DNA of 64,000 nt from Candidatus Pacearchaeota archaeon (GTDB lineage: Archaea > Nanobdellota > Nanobdellia > Pacearchaeales > GW2011-AR1), in the NCBI GenBank assembly GCA_041651235.1, contig JBAZJQ010000001.1, positions 31,673 through 95,672 on the forward strand, read 5' to 3'. The position numbers were made by a program, and so were the translations under genes. This document shows, piece after piece, positions 39,512 through 49,061 of this stretch. Every line of letters starts with the position of its first letter. Positions within the stretch are counted from its first letter, which is position 1. The notes beneath the pieces were generated by a model. That model worked only from the letters and a program-made list of their open reading frames with translations. It was not told where the DNA came from and did not search any database.

Positions 39512-40195
39512 TTACTCCCTGTTTTTGTATTCTGGAATAATCTCTTGACTAACTACATGTTTAATTCCTTCTTTAGTTAATGAATACACATCTATTCCGC
39601 TTCCTGATGCAACATCTCTTTCAGAAGAAGATTTCAAGGCTTCAACTGCTAATGCTACTCCTTCGCCCACAGAAAGATCTTCTTTATATTGTCTCTCTAA
39701 TAATCCCCAAATAAACATCATTCCACTTCCATCTGCATCATAAGTGTTTATTTCTTTTATTGCTCCATCTGGTGAAATATTGTATAATTCTGCTTTACCA
39801 TCTTCATTAACTCCTGCAACTAAACTTGCAACAATTGCTGGAATCATTGAAGGCTGCCTTATATTTTGAAAATAAAAAGATGAAATAAAATGAGCAGATT
39901 CTTTTACAGAAGCTCTTTTTTTAGATTTTAATTCTTTTAGTCTTAATTGAGCTCCAACCATTTTTAGAGCCATTTGAGCATCAGAAACCTGCCCTGCAAT
40001 TGAGACAAGTAAATAATCATTAACTTTGTAAATTTTCTGGAAATTTTTATGTGCAATAATCTGGCCTCCTAGAGTCATTTTTCTATCTGCAGCTAATACT
40101 ACTCCGTCTTTGCAAACAATTCCAACTAAACTTGTACCAGTTTTTAGAATATTTTTCTTTAAATCTTCATCCATTTTATATGTATTAAAATCCAT
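39512..40195 (-). CDS. psmB: Proteasome beta subunit
   Basis: KTG|TSLVGI, AADRK, GSG, ERDVASG. Confidence 0.95.
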   Translation of the reverse strand: MDFNTYKMDEDLKKNILKTGTSLVGIVCKDGVVLAADRKMTLGGQIIAHKNFQKIYKVNDYLLVSIAGQVSDAQMALKMVGAQLRLKELKSKKRASVKESAHFISSFYFQNIRQPSMIPAIVASLVAGVNEDGKAELYNISPDGAIKEINTYDADGSGMMFIWGLLERQYKEDLSVGEGVALAVEALKSSSERDVASGSGIDVYSLTKEGIKHVVSQEIIPEYKNRE

Positions 40196-40235
40196 AATTC
40201 GTTTAGAATCTATAAATTTGATAAAGATTATGGGT

Positions 40236-40508
40236 TTATAAAGTTTTTTGTTGAAGGTATTCAGCTACATTTATTGCTCTTTTGGTTAGATTTTTCAAAT
40301 CTTCATATATATTCCTCTGAGCTGTCATAATTAATATTCCTTCAGCAATTGCAAAATCTTTTACTCTTATATCCATATCAGCTAGATGTCTTATTAATCC
40401 CTCTTGAGAATCTTCGTAATGAGGAATCTTACTAAAACATAATTTATTGGTTACATTTCTTATAATATCTCCATGAAGTATATAGGTTTTAAAATCTGAT
40501 TCTTCCAT
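40236..40508 (-). CDS. Hypothetical protein
   Basis: 90-aa ORF. Confidence 0.5.
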   Translation of the reverse strand: MEESDFKTYILHGDIIRNVTNKLCFSKIPHYEDSQEGLIRHLADMDIRVKDFAIAEGILIMTAQRNIYEDLKNLTKRAINVAEYLQQKTL

Positions 40509-40610
40509 TTTGTTTTTGCCTGCATCTTTTTATAAAAGACGCATCAGAACTCTTTTTCCCTTTGGGCTGATTTTAATGATAGTTGGATATTTATAAAGTT
40601 TTTTGTTTAG

Positions 40611-41015
40611 TTAAAATAAAACATCAATAATCTCTTCTGTTGATAAAACTCTTATTTTATCTTGGGCTTTTAATAAAGAGTCATTACTCCAAAGAAAACA
40701 GGAATATTTTAAGCATAAAGCAATAAATTCTGTATCTCCTTTGTCGGGGGATAATTTTTCTGCTTCTTTTAAAAAATCATAATAATCTTTTTTATCTATA
40801 AAATTAATTATCTCTTTTAAATTGTTTATTTCTATATCAAACTCTTTTCTTGTTAGATTTGTTTTATTTATTATTTCTTTGGAATATTTTTCTAATTCTT
40901 TTAAAGTGATTATTGGCGATATAAGTTCGAGATTAGAAGTAGTTAAAAGTTTTCTTGTTATAGATTTTTTCCAAAAAAAACTAAACAGAATATTAGTATC
41001 TACTACTATTTTCAT
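40611..41015 (-). CDS. vapC: PIN-domain toxin (VapC-like)
   Basis: IVVDTNIL, E, PDKGD..FIAL, LWSND. Confidence 0.9.
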   Translation of the reverse strand: MKIVVDTNILFSFFWKKSITRKLLTTSNLELISPIITLKELEKYSKEIINKTNLTRKEFDIEINNLKEIINFIDKKDYYDFLKEAEKLSPDKGDTEFIALCLKYSCFLWSNDSLLKAQDKIRVLSTEEIIDVLF

Positions 41016-41218
41016 TTTCTCCCTTCTCTTACTAAATTAACTGCCCATTCATTAAACTCTTTCTCTTTTTTTAGCTGGCTTAATAGCTCTTCTTTTATAG
41101 CAAGTTTTCTAGCTTTCTCGCTAATACATTGTCTTACTAAACCACTCCAATTAACTTCAGGGAATTTTTTCATTAATTCTCTTACTTCTTCTGGAACTGA
41201 TATTGTTATGCTTACCAT
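41012..41218 (-). CDS. vapB: RHH antitoxin (VapB-like)
   Basis: MVSITISVPEE...EVNWS.LVR; 4-nt overlap with the PIN gene. Confidence 0.8.
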   Translation of the reverse strand: MVSITISVPEEVRELMKKFPEVNWSGLVRQCISEKARKLAIKEELLSQLKKEKEFNEWAVNLVREGRK

Positions 41219-41219
41219 T

Positions 41220-41239
41220 TTTATGTGTAAAAACATAAA
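41220..41239. promoter_or_regulatory. Candidate toxin-antitoxin autoregulatory operator
   Basis: TTTATGT-N6-ACATAAA between the TATA-like box and the antitoxin start. Confidence 0.45.
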
Positions 41240-41304
41240 TACGTTATAATATTTAAACCTTTCTCTTTAGATAAAATTATAAACTAAGAGATTTTTGTAG
41301 GAAA

Positions 41305-42903
41305 ATGGATAAAGAAGATGAAATAAGGAATTTTATTGAAGAAATTACAAATAAGATTAAGCCTGTTACAAAAGAGGCTCAGTTGTCTTATTGGAATGCT
41401 GCTCTTTCTGGGAAAAAAGAAGATTATGATAAATATGAAGAATTGCAAGTAAAACTTGAGGAATTATTCCATAATAAAGAAGATTTTGAAAAATCTAGAG
41501 AATTTTTGAAACAAGATGCAGATGAATTGAGCAAAAGGCAAATTGATATTTTGTATAGAGCTTTTCTTGGGTCTCAGGGAGATATTAATCTTATCAAAGA
41601 GATTATAAAAAAGTCAACTGAAATAGAAAAAAAGTTCAATACATTCAGAGCAAAGGTTAATGATAAAGAATATACAGATAATCAAATAAAAGATATACTA
41701 AAAGAAGAAAATGACTCTGAGAAACTTAGAGAGTTTTGGGAGGCAAGTAAAAAACAAGGAGAACTTGTTGAAAAAGAGCTTATAGAGATAATAAAATTAA
41801 GAAATGAGCTAGCAAAAAGTCTTGGATTTGAGAATTATCACACAATGTCTTTAGAGTTAAGTGAGCAGAAAGTAGAAGATATAAGTTCTGTTTATGATAA
41901 GCTTGCTGAATTAACTGAAATTCCTTTTAGGAATTTAAAAAATGAAATGGATTCTATTTTAGCAAAAAGATATAATATTGAAGTGAGTGAATTAAAACCA
42001 TGGCACTATCATGATTTATTTTTTCAAGAAGGTCCAAGAGTGTATAAGATTGATTTAGATGAATATTATTCTGAAGATGTTATTGAATTTGCTAAGAAAT
42101 TCTATAAAAGTATTGGTTTAGATGCTGAAGATATTTTAGATAGAAGTGATTTATATGAAAAACCTGGAAAATATCAACATGCATGCTGTATAGACATAGA
42201 CAGAGAGGGAGATGTAAGAATTATACAAAACACAAAAAATGACTATCATTGGATGAGTACTACTTTACATGAACTTGGGCATGCTGTTTATGACAAAAAT
42301 ATTAATAAAAATCTTCCTTATTTTTTAAGAAGTCACGCTCATATTTTTGTTACAGAAGCTATTGCCATGTTAATGGGAAGATTAGTAGAAAATAAAAATT
42401 TTATTGAAAAATATTGTTCAAAAGAATTAGATGAAGAAATCTCTAGGGAGATATTTAAATCTTTAAAATCAAGACAGCTTGTTTTTGCAAGATGGGCTCA
42501 AGTTATGTTTAATTTTGAAAAAGAGTTATATAAAAATCCTGAACAGGATTTAAACAAATTATGGTATAATATTGTTAAAAAATATCAGATGCTGAATTTT
42601 TTCAGAGATAAACCTGACTGGGCTTCAAAAATACATTTTGTAAGCTCTCCTGCTTATTATCATAATTATCTTTTAGGGGAATTATTAGCTTCTCAGTTAA
42701 ATAATTACATAGCTAAGAATATAATTAAAACAGATTCTCTTAAAATTGATTATTCAGATAATAGAGAAATTGGGACGTATCTTAAAGAAAAAATATTTTC
42801 TCCTGGAAGAAAATATAAATGGAAGGAATTAATTGAAAAAGCAACAGGAGAAAAGTTAAATCCTGAATATTTTGTTAAAGAATTTGTGGATCCTACTGGA
42901 TGA
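41305..42903 (+). CDS. Gluzincin metallopeptidase (M3/M2-like)
   Basis: TLHELGHA...TEAIA, KPWHY, ASKIHF..PAYYHNY. Confidence 0.88.
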   Translation: MDKEDEIRNFIEEITNKIKPVTKEAQLSYWNAALSGKKEDYDKYEELQVKLEELFHNKEDFEKSREFLKQDADELSKRQIDILYRAFLGSQGDINLIKEIIKKSTEIEKKFNTFRAKVNDKEYTDNQIKDILKEENDSEKLREFWEASKKQGELVEKELIEIIKLRNELAKSLGFENYHTMSLELSEQKVEDISSVYDKLAELTEIPFRNLKNEMDSILAKRYNIEVSELKPWHYHDLFFQEGPRVYKIDLDEYYSEDVIEFAKKFYKSIGLDAEDILDRSDLYEKPGKYQHACCIDIDREGDVRIIQNTKNDYHWMSTTLHELGHAVYDKNINKNLPYFLRSHAHIFVTEAIAMLMGRLVENKNFIEKYCSKELDEEISREIFKSLKSRQLVFARWAQVMFNFEKELYKNPEQDLNKLWYNIVKKYQMLNFFRDKPDWASKIHFVSSPAYYHNYLLGELLASQLNNYIAKNIIKTDSLKIDYSDNREIGTYLKEKIFSPGRKYKWKELIEKATGEKLNPEYFVKEFVDPTG

Positions 42904-42927
42904 TATTATGTTGCGATATAAATGATT

Positions 42928-43040
42928 TTTATAATATACCATTCTGATACATTTTGCAGATGAGAAGATTAAAATGGTTATGATAAACAAAAAAGAAACA
43001 GATGGCTTGTTGTTTGTTCTATTAAGATATTAATATTTTT
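42928..43040 (+). repeat. Dispersed intergenic element, copy 10
   Basis: TTTATAAT...TTTGCAGATGAGAAGATTAAAATGGTTA...TTCTATTAAGATATTAATATTTT. Confidence 0.85.
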
Positions 43041-43043
43041 TAT

Positions 43044-45092
43044 TTAAACTTCTACTTTAGTTATTCCTTTTTCTTTTTTAAATCTGATGATATTATCAAC
43101 AAAACCCTCTATTTTAGGTTCATGAGAAACTAAAATTAATTGTCCTGCATTTAATTCATCGAAAACTTCCCTCATTTTATCCAATTGTTGAGATGAGAAT
43201 CCATCTGTTGGCTCATCTAAAATAATTAAATTTCCTGTTTTAATTTTTGAAAGCAATGAGTTTATTACCTGATTTAGTGAAAGCCTGTATGCTAATGCTA
43301 TTGCTGTTCTTTCTCCTCCTGACAAAAAAGCATAATCTAATTCATAATCCTGCTGTTCAATTATTGGAGAGAAATCGTCATCTAACTTAGCTGTAAGAGA
43401 ATCAGAAACCAGTGTTGAAAACCATTTTGAAAATAATTTTGAAAATTCTTCCTTTAATGTTAAAAGAACTTGCTTTTCAGTAAATAAAACCAAACCCATA
43501 AATCTTTCTGAAATCCAGTATTCTATTTCTCTTAGTTTTTCTGTTTTCTGTTTTATACTCTCTTTTTTGTTTATTTGCTCTTGTTTTTCTTTAATTTGAA
43601 TTTCTGAAAACTGAACTTCCTTATTTGCTTCTGCTTTTTTAATGGCGCATTGATTTTCATTATTTTTAGCTTCAATTAATTCTTTATTTCTTTCTTTAAA
43701 TAAAATGTCATACTTTTCAAATTCAATAATAGAAATATCTAATGATTTCATATGTTTATCTAGCATTTCTAAATCTTTTTGTAATAAGTTTTTTTGTTTT
43801 TCAATTTCTAAGATTCTTTGTTCTTTTTCTTTTATATTCTCAAGTTTAATTTTTGCAAGTTCAAATTCTGATTTTTGTTTTTTGAAATCTTCTTTAATTT
43901 TTTTAGTTTGTTCTAGAGAAGCATTAGTTTGAATCTTTTTTACATTTAATTCCTGCAATTGTTTTGTTATTGTTTCTAGTTCCTGATTAATTTTATTAAA
44001 AATATTGTCTTTATATCCGCTAGACACTTCCTGAAGGCAAGTTGGACAGTTTTGAAGTTTTGAAATTTTATTTTTTAAATCATTAGATTCTTTATTTTTA
44101 TAATCTAAAGAATTTATTGCTCCAATTAGCTCCATATATTCTTTTTGAAGTTCATCTTGCCTATTTTCCTGAAATTTAATTCTTTGATTTAATGCATCAA
44201 ATTCCTCCAGATTAAAAAAGATCTTTTTTCCTTCTTCTAGCTGTAATTTTAAGCTTTTAATGCTGTTTTCAAGTGAAGTTATCTGTTGTTTTTTTTCTGA
44301 AATTAAAACAATTGATTTTGCTTTTTCTGTTTCTAGTGCTCTTTTTTCATTTATTTTCTCCTGGATTTCATTTAGTGCCTGTTCCTTTAGTGTTTTAAAT
44401 TCAGTTACTTTTTCATAATCTAAGATAGCTTGTTTTTGTTTTTCTTTTAACAAAACAAGATTCTCCTGCCTTTGTTGTAGAATCTTTTTTTCTTCTTCTA
44501 AATCATAAAACATTCCTTCATTTAATCTTATTTTTTCTCTTAGTTTAGCTGTTAAAAAAGCTGAATTTTCTTCAATTCTTTTGTATTTGTCTACTCCAAA
44601 AACATGCCTTAAGGTATTAAGTCTTGTATCTCCTGATTCAAGAATAATTTGCTTCATTTCTTCTTGAGGAGTGTAAACTGTAAATTTATACAACAAATTT
44701 GTTTTTTTAGCAAATTCAGAAGGATAATTCAGCAATTGCAATACTTTTGTTTTTATTTCAGTTACACTTCCTTCGAATTTATCTCCCTCTATGGTTATTG
44801 AAGCATAATCCTGGGAAATTGACTTGTTTTTCTTTAAAGTTCTTTCAATAATTATTTGTTTATTATCAATTTCAAATTCCAAAATTACTTTGCAATTATC
44901 TGTTCCATTTCTTAATAAAGAAGAACCTTTTTGACTGGGCTGCAAGCCAAATAAAGCAAATTCAATTGCGAGTAAAATGCTTGTTTTTCCTGAACCAATA
45001 TCTCCTGAAAGAAGAGTTGAACCTTTTGGAAAGATTATTTCTTGTTTTTCGTAACTTCTCACATTTTCTATGTATAATTTTTTTAGTAGCAT
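43044..45092 (-). CDS. rad50: Rad50 ATPase
   Basis: GDIGSGKT, coiled coil with CPTC hook, LSGGE, LDEPT, VSH. Confidence 0.95.
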   Translation of the reverse strand: MLLKKLYIENVRSYEKQEIIFPKGSTLLSGDIGSGKTSILLAIEFALFGLQPSQKGSSLLRNGTDNCKVILEFEIDNKQIIIERTLKKNKSISQDYASITIEGDKFEGSVTEIKTKVLQLLNYPSEFAKKTNLLYKFTVYTPQEEMKQIILESGDTRLNTLRHVFGVDKYKRIEENSAFLTAKLREKIRLNEGMFYDLEEEKKILQQRQENLVLLKEKQKQAILDYEKVTEFKTLKEQALNEIQEKINEKRALETEKAKSIVLISEKKQQITSLENSIKSLKLQLEEGKKIFFNLEEFDALNQRIKFQENRQDELQKEYMELIGAINSLDYKNKESNDLKNKISKLQNCPTCLQEVSSGYKDNIFNKINQELETITKQLQELNVKKIQTNASLEQTKKIKEDFKKQKSEFELAKIKLENIKEKEQRILEIEKQKNLLQKDLEMLDKHMKSLDISIIEFEKYDILFKERNKELIEAKNNENQCAIKKAEANKEVQFSEIQIKEKQEQINKKESIKQKTEKLREIEYWISERFMGLVLFTEKQVLLTLKEEFSKLFSKWFSTLVSDSLTAKLDDDFSPIIEQQDYELDYAFLSGGERTAIALAYRLSLNQVINSLLSKIKTGNLIILDEPTDGFSSQQLDKMREVFDELNAGQLILVSHEPKIEGFVDNIIRFKKEKGITKVEV

Positions 45093-45128
45093 TTTTTATT
45101 TGAATTTGTGAGTAATATTTAATTTATT

Positions 45129-45220
45129 TTGATAATCTATTAGGACAAACTTTTTGCAGATGATAAAATGAATATATTTATGATTAACTGCGTTATTTAT
45201 TAGATTGTATTTATTATTAA
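45129..45220 (+). repeat. Dispersed intergenic element, copy 11, between mre11 and rad50
   Basis: TTGATAATCTATTAGGACAAACTTTTTGCAGATGA-TAAA-ATGAATAT. Confidence 0.8.
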
Positions 45221-45226
45221 TTTTTG

Positions 45227-46411
45227 TCATATTAATTCTATTTGAAAGATTTTATTTATTGTAGATAATAATCTTGATTCAAAAATAGCTGTCTTTTCTC
45301 CTTCTTGTTTTTCAATTCCTAATGCTTCCATTAATTGGGTTATTTTTTCATTAAAATTACTGGGATTTTCTTTCTCATATTTTTCTATTAAAACTTCTTC
45401 TACTTTTTCCATTTCAGAAGCATCTAATTTAACTTGCATTTCCTTTTGTTCAGTTTCAAGTTTAGAGGTATTTTTTAAAAAGCAATAGATACTCTTTTCT
45501 TCTAAAAATTTCTGTATTTCGGCGAATTTGATGTCAGAATTTTTTCCCTGAGTTATTGTTCCCCTTAACTTAAGAAGAACTATTTTATCATTTAAATCCC
45601 TTTTATTTAGCTCTAAAATTATCTTTTTAGTTGCAGTCAGTGCATTATCAATTTCGATATCAAAAACTTCTATTTCTTTTAATTTAATTTCTTTTTTTAT
45701 TATTTTTGTGTAACCTTCAACTTCAATAAGATAAAAACTCCCATACCTTAGTTCTTCTAATTCTTTGAAATTATTTGGAAATGTTGGACCTGAATAAATA
45801 ACTGGCTTTCCATTAATCTCCTGCTCAAAATCAATATGAATGTGCCCTAGTGCATAATAATCTGCTTTAGGCAAATCAGATAAACAAACAGATTCTATTG
45901 GTAAACTGCCTTTTACTTCATCTATTGTTGTATGAAGCATCAATATCCTAAAATTATTTTCATAAGGTTCATTTATCTGGATTCTTCTTAGATCAGGGAC
46001 TTCTAATCCTGATTTTTTTCCAGGATAACCATAAAGATAATTAGATTTGTGGATGCATGGTTTCAAGATTATTTTTTCTGCTTGTTCTTCATATTTACAT
46101 ATATCGCAAAAGTCTGCTTTTTCTAAAACATCTAAAAAAGTTTTTCCTGAAACAGAATAATCATGGCTTCCAGCAATTAAATAGCATTTTATTCCTGCTT
46201 CTTTTATTTTTCTAAACTCTCCAAATGTTTCTTTTAAGATTTCAATTGGAGGAAATGCTGAATCAAATAAATCTCCTGTAAAAAGAATAAATTCCACTTT
46301 TTCTTTAATACATGTGTCAATCGCTGCTTTAAAAGAATCTAAATTAAGCTGCTGTAATTCTGGCTGCCGCCAGGCTCCTAAATGACAATCAGATAAATGT
46401 GCAAATTTCAT
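45227..46411 (-). CDS. mre11: Mre11 nuclease
   Basis: SDCHLG, GDLFD, GSHD, LH, LGHIH. Confidence 0.95.
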   Translation of the reverse strand: MKFAHLSDCHLGAWRQPELQQLNLDSFKAAIDTCIKEKVEFILFTGDLFDSAFPPIEILKETFGEFRKIKEAGIKCYLIAGSHDYSVSGKTFLDVLEKADFCDICKYEEQAEKIILKPCIHKSNYLYGYPGKKSGLEVPDLRRIQINEPYENNFRILMLHTTIDEVKGSLPIESVCLSDLPKADYYALGHIHIDFEQEINGKPVIYSGPTFPNNFKELEELRYGSFYLIEVEGYTKIIKKEIKLKEIEVFDIEIDNALTATKKIILELNKRDLNDKIVLLKLRGTITQGKNSDIKFAEIQKFLEEKSIYCFLKNTSKLETEQKEMQVKLDASEMEKVEEVLIEKYEKENPSNFNEKITQLMEALGIEKQEGEKTAIFESRLLSTINKIFQIELI

Positions 46412-46533
46412 TATACCTCTTATTTAAGGCAATTTTGAAGATTATATAAGGATAATTGTGATAAAAATTAGTATTTTAAAGGGGTTAGAAAGCTTTTTAA
46501 AATAAAAAATAATATAAAAAATGGGGGTAAAAG

Positions 46534-46608
46534 ATGGCAAACGATTTTGAAGACTTCGAAGATTTTGATGAAGAAGATGAAGAAGTCGAAGAAGATGAAG
46601 AAGAATAA
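46534..46608 (+). CDS. Tiny acidic peptide (24 aa)
   Basis: MANDFEDFEDFDEEDEEVEEDEEE; GGGGGT SD-like upstream; T-rich stretch downstream. Confidence 0.5.
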   Translation: MANDFEDFEDFDEEDEEVEEDEEE

Positions 46609-46611
46609 AAT

Positions 46612-47181
46612 TTAATTTGTTTTATTTTTTATTTTTAATATATATAGTTGTTCAAAAAATAATTTTTGATTAGATAATTCTTGGGCATGATAATTATATC
46701 TTTTTAGATATTGTTTTATTATTTCGGGTTTTGATAAACTAGATATAAGTAGTAGAATGATTCCTTTACTTGGTAAATAGGATTTTGCTTGCTCTAAAAA
46801 TCTGATTATAATTTCACAACCTTTTTTTCCTCCTGTTGTTGCTAATCTAGAATCTTTAGGTTCTCTTTTATCTAAAGGAAGATAGGGAGGATTAAATATA
46901 ATTAAATCAAATTTTTCATATTCATTTTTGGATTTTTTAATAGTTTTAAATAAATTAGAATGTATTGATTGAAAGCCTTGCTGTTTTAAATGATTTACTG
47001 CTTCTTTATTAATATCTGCTGTTAAAATATTCTTAAAACCTAAATCTCTGCAAGTTTGTGCTTGTATTCCTGAGCCACTTCCCATATCTAAAATACTAAT
47101 ATTTTTATTTTTTAGTTTAGATAAATAATCTATTAATACTTTTTGCAAAAGGTAAGAATCTTCTCTTGGTTCATATATCAT
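46612..47181 (-). CDS. HemK2/Mtq2-like N5-glutamine methyltransferase
   Basis: IYEPREDSYLL, LDMGSGSG, FNPPY, GGKKG. Confidence 0.9.
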   Translation of the reverse strand: MIYEPREDSYLLQKVLIDYLSKLKNKNISILDMGSGSGIQAQTCRDLGFKNILTADINKEAVNHLKQQGFQSIHSNLFKTIKKSKNEYEKFDLIIFNPPYLPLDKREPKDSRLATTGGKKGCEIIIRFLEQAKSYLPSKGIILLLISSLSKPEIIKQYLKRYNYHAQELSNQKLFFEQLYILKIKNKTN

Positions 47182-47182
47182 T

Positions 47183-48307
47183 TTATTGTTTTTGCTTTCT
47201 AAATTTCAAAAAAAGAAAACTAGCTATGATTATTAAAGCTATTGGAATTAATAACAAATAATAATTCTTAGAATTAGAAAGTATGCTTTGAGTATGCAAT
47301 TCTGAATTTAGAGCTACATCTGGAAGATTCTCATTGTTTTCAGAAACTTTTTTTTCAATGTTATCAAATATGTTTTCTTGTTTCTTTTCATTTGCTAAGT
47401 TCAATTGCCAGTTTAAAAATTCTTCATTCTGATTAAAAGAAACTATTTCTAAATCATTAAAAGCATATTTAGGAAAAGAATTTTTTAATTCATAAGATTC
47501 TAAGTATTTATTATTAAAATATTCCAGTTCTTTTTTATTTGGATTATTTATTTTATCTGATTTATCTTTATCAAAATATGCATAATTTTGATTATAATAA
47601 CAAATAGTTGACACATGACTGTCAAAAATAAGAGAATAGCAATTTAGTTTGGGATTATAAGCATAAAACATAGATAGAAGCAAGACACTGAAATCCTCAC
47701 AATCTCCTGATTTTAGAGACAGGGTTTGTAGGGGGGTTTGCCAGGAATTATCCTCTTCTTCTTTGTAATCAATATTGTTACTAAGATAATTTGCTATCTT
47801 AGATAAATCATTTTCAGGTTGATTAATCAAATTTAAATTATCTATATTGTCTTTGACTTTTTCAGGTTGAATAAACCCTAAAAATTCTCTATTTACAGGA
47901 TTATACGGAGTTATTTTTGTTTTAAATTCAAAAGAAGAATCTCCTAAAAAATGGTATTCTTGGATATTTGGTTTAATAAATTGGATATCAAAATATAAGT
48001 CTGGATTTTCATTAAAACATTCCCCTAATTTTCCAAAAATAGAAAGTTTATCGGATTCGTTAAAGTTTGTTATAAAATTAGAATAAGATAACTGGAACTC
48101 TTTATTTTCTGTTTTGCCAATTGGATTATCTCCAATAAAAATATATCCTCCTAAAGGACAATTAGTTGTTTCATCATAAAAAGATAACTTAACATTTTTT
48201 TCTGGTTCATTTACCAAAAATCCAGTAAACTTAAATGCTATAAGAGGGATTAATATTATTAAAATCATTATGCTGATAAATAATAATGTTCCTGCTCTTT
48301 TTTTCAT
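47183..48307 (-). CDS. Membrane-anchored transglutaminase-like protein
   Basis: WQTPLQTL..KSGDCEDF, H, D; TM at both ends. Confidence 0.8.
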   Translation of the reverse strand: MKKRAGTLLFISIMILIILIPLIAFKFTGFLVNEPEKNVKLSFYDETTNCPLGGYIFIGDNPIGKTENKEFQLSYSNFITNFNESDKLSIFGKLGECFNENPDLYFDIQFIKPNIQEYHFLGDSSFEFKTKITPYNPVNREFLGFIQPEKVKDNIDNLNLINQPENDLSKIANYLSNNIDYKEEEDNSWQTPLQTLSLKSGDCEDFSVLLLSMFYAYNPKLNCYSLIFDSHVSTICYYNQNYAYFDKDKSDKINNPNKKELEYFNNKYLESYELKNSFPKYAFNDLEIVSFNQNEEFLNWQLNLANEKKQENIFDNIEKKVSENNENLPDVALNSELHTQSILSNSKNYYLLLIPIALIIIASFLFLKFRKQKQ

Positions 48308-48337
48308 GATTTAATAAGAATTATAGAGTATAAAAAA

Positions 48338-49021
48338 TTAAGCAAACCAGGCTATTATCTTGTCTTTAAATAAAAATGTTGTAATTAATAAAACAATTAA
48401 AATTACAAGGATTATTAACAAAATTATCTCTTTAGAATGAGATTTTTTTGGGCCTATTTGTCTTAATTCTCCACTTAGTCCTGAGTTTGGATTTGGAAAT
48501 ACAAATTGGGGTGATGGAGGATTAATTTCTTCTGGCTCTTCTTCATTTTGAGAGATTTGCATTTGTTGAGGAGGCTGTATTTGTCTTTGTTGAATTTGAT
48601 TTGTATATTCTTTTTTAGTTGGCTGTGTCCCGGGAATATTAAAACTCAAACCTTGATTTGATTGCTGGTTTTGCATAGCAGATTGTGGATTATCTTGTTG
48701 AGATTTATAAGGAGCAGTATACTGGGAGGTTTGAGTTCTAGGAGTAGAATCTTGAATTATTGCTTGCTTAATTATCTGAGATTCTTGTTTTAACTTAGGG
48801 TTAAGAGGATTATTTTGAAAGTTTGATTGGTTGGAAGGCATAGAAAGATGCTCGTCTGGTTTTACTTGATAAGCAGGCATAATCCCCCCAACAAATCTAG
48901 AAGCTTCATTAACTTCCTGAGGATTATAACCGGAGTTAATCATTATTTGTATTGCCTCTTGCAAGCTATCTCCGTGTTCAATTGCATTTCTTAGAACTGT
49001 TACTATTTCTTCATTCACCAT
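48338..49021 (-). CDS. Gln/Pro-rich protein with C-terminal TM
   Basis: Small N-terminal helical domain (SGY..QEV.EA), low-complexity middle, TM. Confidence 0.7.
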   Translation of the reverse strand: MVNEEIVTVLRNAIEHGDSLQEAIQIMINSGYNPQEVNEASRFVGGIMPAYQVKPDEHLSMPSNQSNFQNNPLNPKLKQESQIIKQAIIQDSTPRTQTSQYTAPYKSQQDNPQSAMQNQQSNQGLSFNIPGTQPTKKEYTNQIQQRQIQPPQQMQISQNEEEPEEINPPSPQFVFPNPNSGLSGELRQIGPKKSHSKEIILLIILVILIVLLITTFLFKDKIIAWFA

Positions 49022-49061
49022 CTTTACATTATATAATACCTTCTTGATATTTTAAATTTTT

